Source of the DNA: Azolla caroliniana
Lineage: Eukaryota; Plantae; Polypodiophyta
NCBI GenBank assembly: GCA_043228905.1
Contig: JBHGNT010000409.1
Location: 1-27,704, forward strand
Length of the DNA: 27,704 bases
Direction: 5' to 3'
How positions within the stretch are numbered: position 1 is the first letter of the stretch; each line of letters starts with the position of its first letter. The notes beneath the pieces were generated by a model. It saw only the letters and a list, made by a program, of their open reading frames with translations. It made no database searches and had not been told where the DNA came from. The position numbers and the translations under genes are program-made. Positions 1 through 11,551 of this stretch are shown here, in pieces.

Positions 1-1167
1 AAACGTTCTCTTACCGTTAGGATGCAATCCTGATGGCAAAAAGAAGACTTCAACTCTGAACTTCTTTCCAGCATAAGAGGTATCATGTGTTCTACAATGA
101 GGTTAATGGAGAACATTATTCTTTCATTATCCCTTCTTGTGAGGTAAATGGAGAATATTATTACCCGTGTCCCGTCTTGTGAGAGATAATTTTGAACTTG
201 TGGTTGCTTAAAGTGTAGTAAATGTACAATGATTAGTGGTAAGAGTTCCATTTTGAGGGGGGAAAATATGGCTCCTTTGGCATTTATACACTAAAAAAAT
301 GATGGCATTGAATGTACTCTGTTTTCATGATGCTTAAAACAATTACTCAGCCATCAAGGATTAATGAACTGGCAAATCCTTCTGTGACTCCTTTGAAAAT
401 ATCATTTGTGGGTCTTGTTGGGTAACTTTAATGTGTTCTAACGTAATCCCGTTCACCTCCAGATGTAGTTTAATGAATGGTCCATAACAAGTTTAGAACT
501 TGTTAATAGCGAAAGTCCTAAATTACAATGCAGAGAGTTAGACTAATGGAAGAGATTATAGTTTTACCTCTCAATATATATCAAGGTGGAGCATGTTGGT
601 TCATATATCTGAAATCCACGATGAGGCATTCTTGCCTCAAGTGTTGATCATGCAGGAGTATCCAGGGTATACATCATTTGATCATTTTTCAATTGTCTTG
701 GAAGGCTCACATCAAATGATCTACGGTTATCAACCTTTATTGTGAAAGAAACCCTGAAATCTTCTTTTCTTCGACGAGATCAATTTCTCCAAGTTATGGG
801 ATAACTGGTAGGAGAGTTTACAAGACAGGCCAGACATGGTTCCAACATGGGATATTTGTCTCTATATTCAATGTTAAACATGGGAAAGAAAAGATCATGC
901 TCGTCCAACAATTGTCATAGGTATCTCCTTATAAATGATATATTATTTTATACAAGACCCTACAGTGCGTTTCATAAATCTCAAAGCAGTGAGGTCTGGA
1001 ATGCTTGTTCGATGATGAGATGAGAGTGGACTAATGCAAGCAGTATAAATATGATGAATCCTAATGTTGCTAATTCTACTAATCCGAGCATTATTAGAAA
1101 GTTGATACTGCCAACAAAAACTCATGGCAATCAATGTTTTGGATTGACTGAACAATATGGCCACAAA

Positions 1168-1395
1168 TGATCTTTGATTAGAGAGCAATCGAAACAATTT
1201 GTGCATGGGCATGCTTGATCTTTGATAAGATAACAATTGAAACAATGTTCTTACTGATCAACTATAAAACAAATCTTCCAAGTTAAATGGACAATTGAAA
1301 CAATTTGTACATGGGCATGATGATCTTTGATAAGATAACAAGTGAAACAATGTTCCTTCTGATCAACTATAAAACAAATCTTCAAGTTAAATGGA
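1168..1395. repeat. Direct tandem duplication, period 106 bp, with an internal sub-repeat
   Basis: 1192-1291 and 1298-1395 are near-identical (AAACAATTTGTRCATGGGCATG...CAAGTTAAATGGA). The motif TGATCTTTGAT.AGA...CAA..GAAACAAT occurs three times. Confidence 0.85.
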
Positions 1396-2288
1396 TAATA
1401 CTGTAGTATTCCCTTGCAACATGTATGAGGTAAAGCCCTTGTGAATGATTCATGTGGTCTTGTTGACTTCATTTAAGAATGTTTAGCTCTATTAGCATTT
1501 TTACCACATCTCAGTCCACAATGATCATCACAAATATTGACAGGGTAAATTTTTGTTCTGTAGGCTTCACTATCGGCCATCTTTTCACAGGCATGATTCA
1601 TTGGTTCATATTTATATCCCTTTGGAGTAGTCTACACTACATTAATTGATGGTTCTCCAATAAAGAAACATGCCCTCATGCCTCTACTATTGAAAAGAAT
1701 AGGTAGATCATTTTTTAGTGTACATACTTGAGCTTAAAGCAGTAAAATCTCAAGTAGGAGAAAACATGTCCATTATCTTCATTGTATGTCAATTTTATGC
1801 TGAATGGAGAAAGGGTGGTGTTCCATAGTTAAATATTCAAAAAGCTTCGTGCTTGAATAGCTTCCATTGGTTATCAACTATATCCAAAGTGGTCCTCACA
1901 TTCAATCATCCACTGAATCAAGTTGCCTAACACATAAAAATTTCTGCAAGCCACATGTGCATATCATATGTAACTCACGCCACATGCGAAGAGTTCGAGT
2001 CCCTTGTCTCCATCAATGATATTGTTAAGTGAGAGAGAAAGCTCACACGAAATTTCAAAAAGAAAAGACTCAAAAAAAAATTCAATGATTGATAACTACT
2101 TTATTATGTTTCCTTACTCAACAAATTTGCAGTCTTTTTCCCAACAGTCAACTCATTTAAGTGCTTGCTAATGATTGCCATTATTAGTAGAAGACCATTA
2201 TAGAGACAATGCAAGATAACAAGAGATAAAAACCTTAAACTCTCTTTATTTTCTTCCTTGCTTCAACTAATGATGATAGTGGCCTAAC

Positions 2289-2375
2289 TTATTTAAGCCT
2301 TCTTCCCCCTGTTGCTTCCTTCCAGACTTCCAAAACATGTTGCACAATTTCTGGCACTCCAACACCATGTTTCAC
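2289..2375 (-). CDS. ureG: ureG exon 7 (stop)
   Basis: Read manually: [31 protein letters not shown] at 2291-2289. Confidence 0.9.
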   Translation of the reverse strand: MKHGVGVPEIVQHVLEVWKEATGGRRLK

Positions 2376-5254
2376 CTGCAACAAAAGTAAATGGTTTGAA
2401 CCATGAAAGAATCACAATAATAATGGTACAATATATTTCATACAATAGCCTCCCAGATCTCTCACATCATACCATCTGACTTGCAATCAATGTTTTGGGA
2501 AAGGTACCCCCTCCACCAAAACAGCCATTTAAATATTTGAGCTTGCCAATTGTAGTAATGAACGGAAGAACATAAATATATAAAAAATGCTTTACATGTT
2601 CAGAAGTGTTGAGCTCAATAATTTATTCTTTTTATAATGATCTACAAACATCATTCCATTAAAACCTTTGGGATTTCCTCTTCTTAATCCATATATAAGA
2701 CATATCATTGATGCAAGTCATGAGAAGAGATGATTGGCACAATAATAGAATCTCTTACAACCAAATAGAATAGGGCATATTAGAGAAAACAAACAGAGAT
2801 TTCTAAGTCATGACATGATGTATTGCCCTTTAGTAAGTAACAAACTAGCGAAGCAGAAGGATATGTAGCCTGTCTTAATATACAAACAAAACATGAAAAC
2901 AATATCATATGTTTTAGAGAAAATTTAACGTGAGCATCTATTGACCTACCTGAGCAAACACAAAAGGTCCCCCATCTCGCATTTTGAGAGCATCTTGTTC
3001 CATGACTTTCAAATTAGCACCCACCGCCTCTGCCAAATCAGTCTTGTTAATCACCTGCCATCAGATGCATATAGATATATATATCTATTCAGATAGGGAA
3101 GGATGGATGTGTATAAACCCGATAAGGGCTCAACCACATGTGGCCTAAACAAATAATGTGAAAATTGCAACCCCCCCCTTGCCCCCCAATATTTGAATAA
3201 AAAATCTCACAAGAAGGTCAGCTTGAGTGATGCCGGGACCTCCTTTCCTTGGGATCTTATCACCTCCCGCAACATCGATAATGTAGATGATGTAGTCTGC
3301 CAGCTCTCTGCTGAAATTCGCAGCAAGATTGTCTGTGGACATTCCCATAAAAAGGATTCAGAATTACCACTTCATATCTAAGAAGAAACACATCTAAAAT
3401 CAGAAGTTTTACAGGCTAAGGTTTCTACTCTTTCACAAATGACACCCTCTGCTGGAATTCTTCCTATGAAATCTCCAGGAGGACATCTAAGAGCAAAATG
3501 TCTTACATCTGGAATCCAAACACGCTTTGAGATTCCAATGTACAGCCAAAGTAAAAGAGTGTTTATTGATGTCAGTTGTGTAAATCGCACACGTACCAAT
3601 GAATGAAAGCACTCATCTATGTGTGGCTTTCAAGGACTACATTAAATGTTCTTGAAAAGAAGAGAAAAATGAAATCTGTAAATTCGGACTTTACCTCCTC
3701 CTGACTCGCATAGTAAAATATCTGTTGAGAACTTCCTTGAAAGTTCTTCCAATGGACCGAGGTTGATACTAATATCTTCTCGAATTGCAGCATGAGGGCA
3801 ACCACCTGTTTCAACTGCTGTTATTCTTTCTGGTGCAAGAGCACCATGTTTCACCAGAAATTCACCATCTTCTCGGGTAAAAATATCATTCGTTACCTGC
3901 AATAAGATGGAAAGTGTATGATTAGTATGATATCAAAAGAATAATCTCATTAATTAAGTCCATAATATCTATAATTTAAGCCCGTGAAACTTTCTTTATT
4001 ATTAGCCTTAATTATTGCTTGCATTGAGAAAAATGATGTCACGCGTGAAACATTGATTGCTGTAAGTGTATGTCATTAAAAATTGACAACCAAAACTGAG
4101 TTGGGTTCAGTGGAGCAGCATAGCATTATGCCATAAATTTCCAAATCCTCACAACTACCTATGAAAGAAAGAGGCTTGGCTTCATGCCTATTACTACCCT
4201 CACAAATGAACAAAACACTGGGTCATCCAAAAGGTTACAAAAGACCAAAATATGCGACAGGGTAGTTGCTCCCCTTTTCCTCACAGTGGTTCATAATCTT
4301 GCCATCATGAACAGTTGGCCATCAATACATGAATTCAAGTATACACCTATGTATGATATATTATTGTGTATAGATATGTATGCATGTAAATACATACATA
4401 CATATACACACGCACTCAAGATAAATAGCTATATTCATAAGCATAAAATAGACGTTAGAGAAAGCTTATTTCCACGGGAAAAAAATACTGATTTGAAATG
4501 ACTTGGTTGCATGAGCAAACTCACCGCTGCAATGCTATAGTTGTCACGCAGTACTGTGCACAATGCAAGCATAAGAGCTGTTTTCCTGCACAAGGATTTT
4601 ATACATAAAATCAGGCTCAGGTTTTTTTTCTATGCACAAAGGAATGACAACATTTTCTTAGGGAAACAAAAACAAAATAACGATAAAAATCGATTAAAAT
4701 GATATTTACCCACTTCCAACAGGACCACCGATGCCAACAGTAAATGAGCGCTCATTGAAATCTCGATTCGAAAGCCGTTGAGCCCTTCTTGTGAAATAAC
4801 CTGGAGAATCTAAGGGCTCATGAGTGTGTGGAGCCAACCCATCATGCGAATGATAGAGCTTTCCATCTTTACCAGACCAATACCCACCATCACCATCAAC
4901 ATCAACATCACCAGTGCCTTGGCCGCTGACAAGAAGCAATTCGGAATAATTAGAAGAAGCACTTAAAAAGAGAGATTATTAACAGTTCGAAATCCTTAAA
5001 ATAAGAAGAGGCTCTATCAAGTTCATGGATCAAGACCCTCTTTTTTGCACAAAAAAAGAAAGAAAGAAAGAAAAAACAGAGCATACATACGTGTGGTCAT
5101 GATGGTCTCCATGGTGATGGTGGTCATGGTCTCCGTGGTCATGGTCTCCATGATGATGGTGGTCATGGTCTTCATGGTCTTCATGGTCATGGTCATGGTG
5201 GTCATGGCCTCCATGGATATGATCAGAGATTAGTGCTTCATCACTACTTGCCAT
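2289..5254 (-). CDS. ureG: Urease accessory protein G (Ni-metallochaperone GTPase), 7 coding exons, ~318 aa
   Basis: Exons 5091-5254, 4710-4925, 4525-4585, 3695-3896, 3211-3332, 2950-3054 and 2289-2375 have GT-AG introns with matching phases and total 957 nt. Motifs: His/Asp-rich N-terminus, plant-type [20 protein letters not shown]-loop [45 protein letters not shown]. Confidence 0.96.
2950..3054 (-). CDS. ureG: ureG exon 6
   Basis: Read manually: [35 protein letters not shown], with CAG and GTAGGT boundaries. Confidence 0.93.
3211..3332 (-). CDS. ureG: ureG exon 5
   Basis: [41 protein letters not shown]. Confidence 0.95.
3695..3896 (-). CDS. ureG: ureG exon 4
   Basis: [14 protein letters not shown]...[16 protein letters not shown]...LLCESGG. 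Confidence 0.95.
4525..4585 (-). CDS. ureG: ureG exon 3 (absent from the ORF track)
   Basis: Read manually: (G)[20 protein letters not shown] between TGCAG and GTGAGT. Confidence 0.92.
4710..4925 (-). CDS. ureG: ureG exon 2
   Basis: Acceptor TTCTTGTCAG; [14 protein letters not shown]...[10 protein letters not shown]; donor GTAAAT. Confidence 0.93.
5091..5254 (-). CDS. ureG: ureG exon 1 (start codon, His/Asp-rich tract)
   Basis: ATG at 5254, [20 protein letters not shown]...; donor GTATGT at 5090. Confidence 0.88.
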
Positions 5255-5340
5255 CTACCTCTCACGAGACAAAACGAATAAAAATCTCGGACACACAAAT
5301 GTATAAGTATCTGTGTATGTATGTTAATATATTATGCATC

Positions 5341-5443
5341 TATGTATGTATGTATGTATGTATGTATGTATGTATGTATGTATGTATGTATTGTGTGTGT
5401 GAATGCATGTATGTATGTATCTATGTATGCATTTGTATGTATG
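5341..5443. repeat. (TATG)n microsatellite upstream of the ureG start
   Basis: Perfect TATG run 5341-5390, then degenerate continuation. Confidence 0.9.
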
Positions 5444-7279
5444 ACCCTCAATTTGTTATTTTGTTTCTTGTTGCTTCACAATCTATGAAGAATTGGCAAA
5501 GAGGAATAAAATAAAGACAAGTGGCAACCTTTTCTCAAAGAAAAAACGTGGGAACTTTGATTTCTATCGAGGAAAAAAAGAAAAAGGCGTTAATGTTTTT
5601 AGTTCACGTTCTTTTTGGCATTTTAGATCTCTTTCCTTGCACTTGGTTTATTATAGGTTCATTTCTAGGGGTAACATAGCGATTACTTTTCGAATAAGGG
5701 ATAAGGTTGTACTCATTTCGCGAGCAAGTGGATAGCAAGCTTCTCAATTTGGGAGAAAAGCTTTTCCATGTTGACAAGCTCTTAAAAGTTCTTTTTTCCT
5801 CTCCATGACTCATGGTAACTCCCCATGTCACTCCCATTGTATGGTGTGTATATTCATGGCTTAGATTCATGCTCATTCTTGTATTTTATAATATTTCAAA
5901 AAAGAAAAGGAAAATGAGGTATATGTGTTTTTTTATCTCGCAAAACAAAAGAATTTGGGGTTCTGTGAGCGAGTGCAAGGCCTGGACATGACTATTTTTC
6001 TTTTCTAGTGTTAGAAGTCACAGATTCATTTTCGTTTTTCGATTTCACCAACGGAAAAAAGAACACTTGTGTTTGAGTTCAACCAAGTTACCAACCATAA
6101 AACCTAGCCTCAAGTTTTTTTTTTTCCAATTATTTTGAAAAAGGAAAAGAACAATTTTGCATATGGTAAGCAACTAGACTCTAGTTTTCCTAAATATATT
6201 GAAAAAGTAAAAGACAAAAAGACAAAAAAAACAAAAAATCAAACATGCGTTCAATGGAGAGCTTGAACATGGGTTTTCTTTTATCTTATTTTATATTTTT
6301 TCACTTCTTTTTTTTGAAAAGTAAAAACCAAAGGTTAATTGAAGGCTTGGATTTGATACCCTTTCTTTTGAAATAAGGAACAATCACAAGTTGGTTTCCT
6401 CCTTACGTTCATGTTCAGATTGAGTGAGAATTGTGCTCAAAGAAGTAGGAAATAAGACGTTTAAGTGAGTCCATTTGGAGTAGAACACCATTCAAGGGAT
6501 GATCGTGTCTCTCCTACTAACAACATTTTGCGACCACGTCAAAGTTGCTCAAAACGTAGTAGCAAAAGGTGATGTATGTTTAATGCTTGCAACGAGGTGA
6601 CTTTGGATAATCAACCTATAACATGTACATTTTCAAACAAGAAGGCCACATTAACTCTTTGGCCCCCTCTTATGTAGCCTATGAGCCATTGCACATGTTC
6701 AATAAATTGTCCAACATATTTGAGTAAGTGGACCTTATGTACTTATGTTTGATATTGAACAACTTCCACAAGTAAAGTGTAATCTATGAGGACAACCTAC
6801 AAGTCTATAGAGGAATCAAGAGAGCAAATGTAATGGGAGCTCACCCCCTAACAATGGTCCCACTTTTGTCAACCTAGAAAGTTTGACCAACAACTAGGCA
6901 ACCATGCAACCAATAATAGATAGGTGTCATTGTCCACCCCGATCTCCCTCACTTTTTCCATTTTTGAAACTCATGTTACAACTTCTATAAAGGGACCCAT
7001 TTTGAGCACTTGGCCATATTGCTCTCAACACTTCAATGTTGTTGGCATCAACCTATTGAAGCATATGATGTTTAATCTCTCCTTGGTAGAACGAACTCTT
7101 GATTGGTCACATCCCCACATTCAATACGCTTTACACAACATTACAATGAATATTTGATTAAAAGCTTTTCTTTTAGGAGTACAACCGATTTTATGCTAAC
7201 TCCCCCATGAGATTGTGCCGCAATTCCTTATTTGGTTTGAGTAATGTTAAGTATTTTCCATACTTTTTGTTACTCAACA

Positions 7280-8810
7280 AAGATATTGGCATCGATATGA
7301 GATATGAGAGTTTAGGAACAAAGAGAAGAGGATGAAAGATGGTTAACTAGAGAGTTTAAAGCCTTATGGCTACACTAGTGTAAAAAGGGCCAAAACTTTG
7401 TAAAAGATAATGTAAACAATTGTTGGATTGTAATGGCTAGATTGGTTGTCGCAAAACTATTTGGATACATATAGTTGAATCAAAGGTAATTGTTGTCACA
7501 AACACACCAATGTGTCTATGACAATTGCATAGTTTGGAGAAATGGTTAAGAGAGCTTATGGACAAGTTATCTTTCAAAAGTACCATAGCACCATCAATCA
7601 TGTTATCACCCTTTGAATATTAATGGAAGAAAGTTGCTTGTGAGGTAAGGGTCTATATTATTGCTTCATGAACTTCAAGCAAGCTTTTGATATGGTAAGT
7701 CATGAGAATCTTTGGAGGTGCATGGAAGAACTTAGAGTTCGAAATGAATATATGAATGAAATTTCAAAATCTAAGGGAAGGTTATATGGAGCGTGTATGG
7801 GCAATAAAATTTCAGAATTTTAAATAACATTATTGGTGTTAAACAAGGATACCCACTATCACCAACTCTATTTGGTCAACTCATTAATGCATTAGAATAA
7901 ATGGTTGTTAAGCTTGTAAAGGAGGAAGACGTTTAAGAAGTTATTATCGAAAATATAGACATAATGTTTTTATTGTATGCACATGATGTGGAGCTTTTTG
8001 CAAATACTTTGGGAGTTGCACAAAAGCTTATGAGGGCCTTGGAAGATTTTTGCATGTATACTAAGTTAAGTGTTAATAGCTCTAAAACAAAGATTATGAT
8101 TATGAAGCGCCAAAACAAAGATAAACAATGTATTATGTACAATAATGAGACACCTAAAAATGTAAAAAGCTTTAAATACCTTGGCCTCAAAGTTCCCTCA
8201 AATCATAGTTGGAATGAATGTGCCACTTAAAGGCAAAAAGGAGAGCATATTATGCTCTTGAAAACACATACAATGCTGGAGATATTAAATGTTGGATCCC
8301 CAAGAAATACATTTCAACACGTTGGTGATACCAGTGTTTCTCTATGAGGTGGAAGTATGGAGCGGTAGCATCCCTAAGTCCACTTGGAAAGAGTTTGAAA
8401 ATGTCTAAAAGCATTTTCTTACAAAGTTTCTCCAAATCAAGAAACAAAAAGTATACACCCTCCGACTCCTTTAGACAATAGCATTTTCCATTGAGATCAT
8501 GGTCATGGAAAGGGTTGTGGAATGCATGCTTAAGGTTCGAAAAAGTTCCTCACGTTGACATCCTAAAATCGCATGAGAAGCAAGCAAAAAAATCCAAAAG
8601 ACACATAAATGCAAAATTTGTGTTTTGGTTGGATGCAAGATATGGAAAAATGGTTTGGAACATGGGATGCAACATGCTTGCATCATGATGAATCAATAGA
8701 TTCATCTATGAATGAGGCTTGTTTGCAACACTAATGTATCAAGCATAGAAAAAATGTGGAGACTCACGCTTCACACATTATATTACATATGTTACACCAA
8801 ACTAAAAAAA
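7280..8810 (+). mobile_element. Degenerate non-LTR retrotransposon (RTE-like LINE) reverse transcriptase and C-terminal region
   Basis: Disrupted translation: KRAYGQ..FQKYHSTINHVITL, YCFMNFKQAFDMVSHENLW, IGVKQGYPLSPTLFG, LLYAHDV (decayed YADD), LSVNSSKTKIM, FKYLGL, LVIPVFLYEVEVW. Many stops and frameshifts; boundaries approximate. Confidence 0.85.
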
Positions 8811-9676
8811 CCATATTTGACTTTTGAAGAAGATACTAAAATATATCTACCGATTACTCTTTCTCTTGGGAAGGAGTCATATACAAGATGATATGTTTAT
8901 TTGGTTCCATAGGTCAAATTTATAGGGGAAAATAATTATTATTCGTAATGAAAATCAAGGTAATGTAAGGAAATATACATTATTGTGTTATGTGTAATTG
9001 ACTAACGAGTCAACCAAATCCATTAGCTAGGTATTTTTGCATATGTACACTGTAGATTTTTGTGCTTGGGTATCGATAATAAAAGAAACACTTATATTCG
9101 GATAAAATGGAATTGCATGCTAATCAAACGACTTATGAGGACTAGTATTACTACAATAGTTGGTTTGATTTTGAGGTTACTATCCCGAAAACTCAATCGT
9201 TGATACGAGTAATGGTTCGATCAATGAAAAATCCATCAATAACTCTTTTTGGTAAGCGAGTTGTTGAAATTGTCTTTTTGGTTAAATGATGTAATTGGAA
9301 TTTCAGTAGATACACAATTGTTTAATTATGATGCAAATGCATACAACGAAACTATTCAATCAATGATAATTTATAATGAAGCAAATATTCAACTACTTTT
9401 GCAATTAGTGTCCTAGTGATTGTTAGTTGTTGAATGACTAAGTAGTTATTCAACCTCCTTGATTAGAAATAAAATTCCTAACATCTTCTGGTTCAGATAA
9501 AATATGATTTGCTTTGTTCAAGTAGCAATTATAAACACAATTTAGGTCCGATTGAAATTCAGCCATTTCAAACAAAGTGTTTCCTTTTATATGAAGCACT
9601 TCTAGAGGATCTTGATTCGAATCTAAGGTAACATTATAGTTCGAGTTTTAAATACCTTTTTTTGTATAAAAATGTA

Positions 9677-10040
9677 TTAGCAACCATGTTTACGAAGGTA
9701 GTGACTATCAACGCACCGGAAAGATTGGCAAATATCTGAGTACATGAAAGAGCTAGTTATATACGTGTGATAATGCTTGAACTAAGCCGAATATCTTCTC
9801 ACTTGTTATGGCTTGGACCCTTCCTTGTGGATATCGGTGCTCAAACTCCCTTTTTCTATATATTACGAGAAAGGGAGATGATTTATGACTTATTTCAAGC
9901 TGCTATAGGTATGCAAATGATGCATAACTACTTCCGAATTGGGAGAGTAGTTGCGGATCTTCCGCATGGGTGGGTAGACAAATGTATCGACTTCTGTAAG
10001 TATTGTCTTCCAAAAATTGGTGAGTATGAGCGACTAATAA
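9677..10040 (+). pseudogene. ndhH: Nuclear copy of an internal fragment of plastid ndhH (NUPT)
   Basis: [72 protein letters not shown]...MMHNYFRIG...[14 protein letters not shown]...EYERLI. No intron, no start or end, in-frame TGA at 9737-9739. Confidence 0.92.
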
Positions 10041-10700
10041 AATAGGTTTCGTGAGTAAGGACGTTTGGTAATTGGATCAATAAACCCACGAACATTTTGA
10101 GTAAGAAAATTGAAATGCAAGATTTTATTTCTTCCATCCCTAAACTTTTTTTGCTTTTTTTATTATCTTTAGAATGATGAGGAAGAAACGGATACTCAAT
10201 GTATAATGAGTAAATATGATCACTAAGGTTGAAGTGATTGAAAAAGAAAGTCACTTCAGTAGTTTCTGTTCAATCATATGGAAAGTTGTATTCGATGAGA
10301 GTCGTACATGCAGTTTGGAGAGAGGTCTTCGACTAACTAATAGATCCAAGAAAACAAAATAATATCTGAGATACCATTGGGATAAAAGAATTGAATGAAA
10401 TCTGACATATTTGCAACCTCACATTGCATCGGAGTAGTGTAGCGAACAAAAAACAGAAATATAAAATTGTGTCCAATATATCATAATCGATTAGTAAGCA
10501 TGTTGGTTGATTGTGCCTCTCTTTCTCATGCTACTCTATTGGTAAATTGTTACATTGCCAACTCTAAGGCCTTGGCGTCAAGACTCAATTATCACATTTG
10601 TTTGTTTTTTTCCTTAATTGAACAAATGATACCACTCTCAAGTCCGTAGTTGAACCTCTTTACCTTCTTTTGATGTAATCAAAGAAGTGACATTGATGTT

Positions 10701-10752
10701 GGTTAGTATGTTGAACTCTTAATCCAATAACCTACATTCAAGTCTCCATGGA
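10701..10752 (+). pseudogene. Degenerate tRNA-Gln-derived fragment
   Basis: GGTTAGTATGTTGAACTCTTAATCCAATAACCTACATTCAAGTCTCCATGGA aligns without gaps to the 3' two-thirds of the tRNA at 16208. Confidence 0.65.
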
Positions 10753-10835
10753 CTAGGAACTCTAAATTGGCCAGTAACTTGAGGTCAAGGGTCCTTACCT
10801 ATAGACACCTATAGTTGTTATGAATGATCTTATAC

Positions 10836-10894
10836 TGTTCCACGGTCTAGTGGTTAGGACATTAGTAACCCGAGTGCAAGTCTTAATGGAACCT
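10836..10894 (+). pseudogene. tRNA-Gln pseudogene lacking most of the anticodon arm
   Basis: GTTCCACGGTCTAGTGGTTAGGACATT-(13-nt deletion)-AGTAACCCGAGTGCAAGTCTTAATGGAACCT, followed by the same TTGAATAGTTA..TGTTTGAG flank as the 16.2-17.5 kb copies. Confidence 0.85.
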
Positions 10895-10986
10895 CTTTGA
10901 ATAGTTATTGTATGTTTGAGCATTAATCCAATGTGGAGGTGACAAATAAATATTGCTCAATATTTTACACACAAATCTAGTACTCA

Positions 10987-11271
10987 TGTTGAGAATCAAA
11001 CTCAACTTCCCTAGTGTGGGAACACACATTAGGAATACCCAAGTGTGTGAACATCCCACCTCCGTTGTATCATAACTAATGTGTCATAGAAGTTAAGTCC
11101 TATGTCACATATTTCATAAGTAGTTAAGACTCCACCTCTTTCCCAAGAGGCAGTTCTAGTGAGAGAACTTAGAGAGAAGGTGACTACATAAGCACCTTCT
11201 CCTTTTCTTTGTAATTGTTGGCTATTGTTCCCCTTGGTAATACAATTTCCCATGTTTTCTACATACGTTGT

Positions 11272-11347
<76 letters not shown>

Positions 11348-11386
11348 ATCTCTTTAGTTGCACAAAATCACTCCTGATTCTTTACA
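10987..11386 (+). repeat. 5' LTR (400 bp)
   Basis: Begins TGTTGAGAATC, ends TTTACA immediately before the PBS; matches 15862 onward. Confidence 0.92.
11274..11348. repeat. Compound (CT)n(CA)n microsatellite inside the 5' LTR
   Basis: Directly visible. Confidence 0.95.
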
Positions 11387-11398
11387 TGGTATCAGGGC
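11387..11398 (+). promoter_or_regulatory. Primer binding site for tRNA-iMet
   Basis: TGGTATCAGGGC versus canonical TGGTATCAGAGC (1 mismatch), directly after the LTR-terminal CA. Confidence 0.9.
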
Positions 11399-11551
11399 GA
11401 TTGGTAGCTTGATCTAAGCCCATCCTCACATGTTGTGTATATGCCAACATTCACGAAGAATCGACCGATCGTTGTAGCAACAACTTGCACATTTCGTATC
11501 AAAGAGAAGCAGAAGAAGAAAACTTAGTAGCTCCAAACAAGTCATTTCAAC

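Noticed and set aside
5023-5514. ORFs 5045-5233(+), 5023-5214(-) and 5233-5514(+)
   Set aside because: Alternative-frame or antisense readings of the His-codon repeat and the (TATG)n microsatellite.
6400-7270. Possible transposase or LINE 5' extension
   Set aside because: No recognisable motif found in either orientation by eye.
8903-8918. GGTTCCATAGGTC resembling the tRNA-Gln 5' end
   Set aside because: Similarity ends after ~12 nt, with no D, anticodon or T arm.
9767-10045. Functional nuclear ndhH or mitochondrial nad7 gene
   Set aside because: It is only an internal fragment with an upstream in-frame stop and no transit peptide or splice structure. The motifs ([15 protein letters not shown]) are of the plastid NdhH type.
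10982-10986. Target-site duplication (ACTCA) for the copia element
   Set aside because: The 3' LTR is truncated, so the right-hand TSD cannot be verified; CTCA at 16021-16024 overlaps LTR sequence.
11029-11412. ORFs with RERERE or SLSLSL runs (also 19375-19575 and 27455-27664)
   Set aside because: Artefacts of dinucleotide microsatellites.
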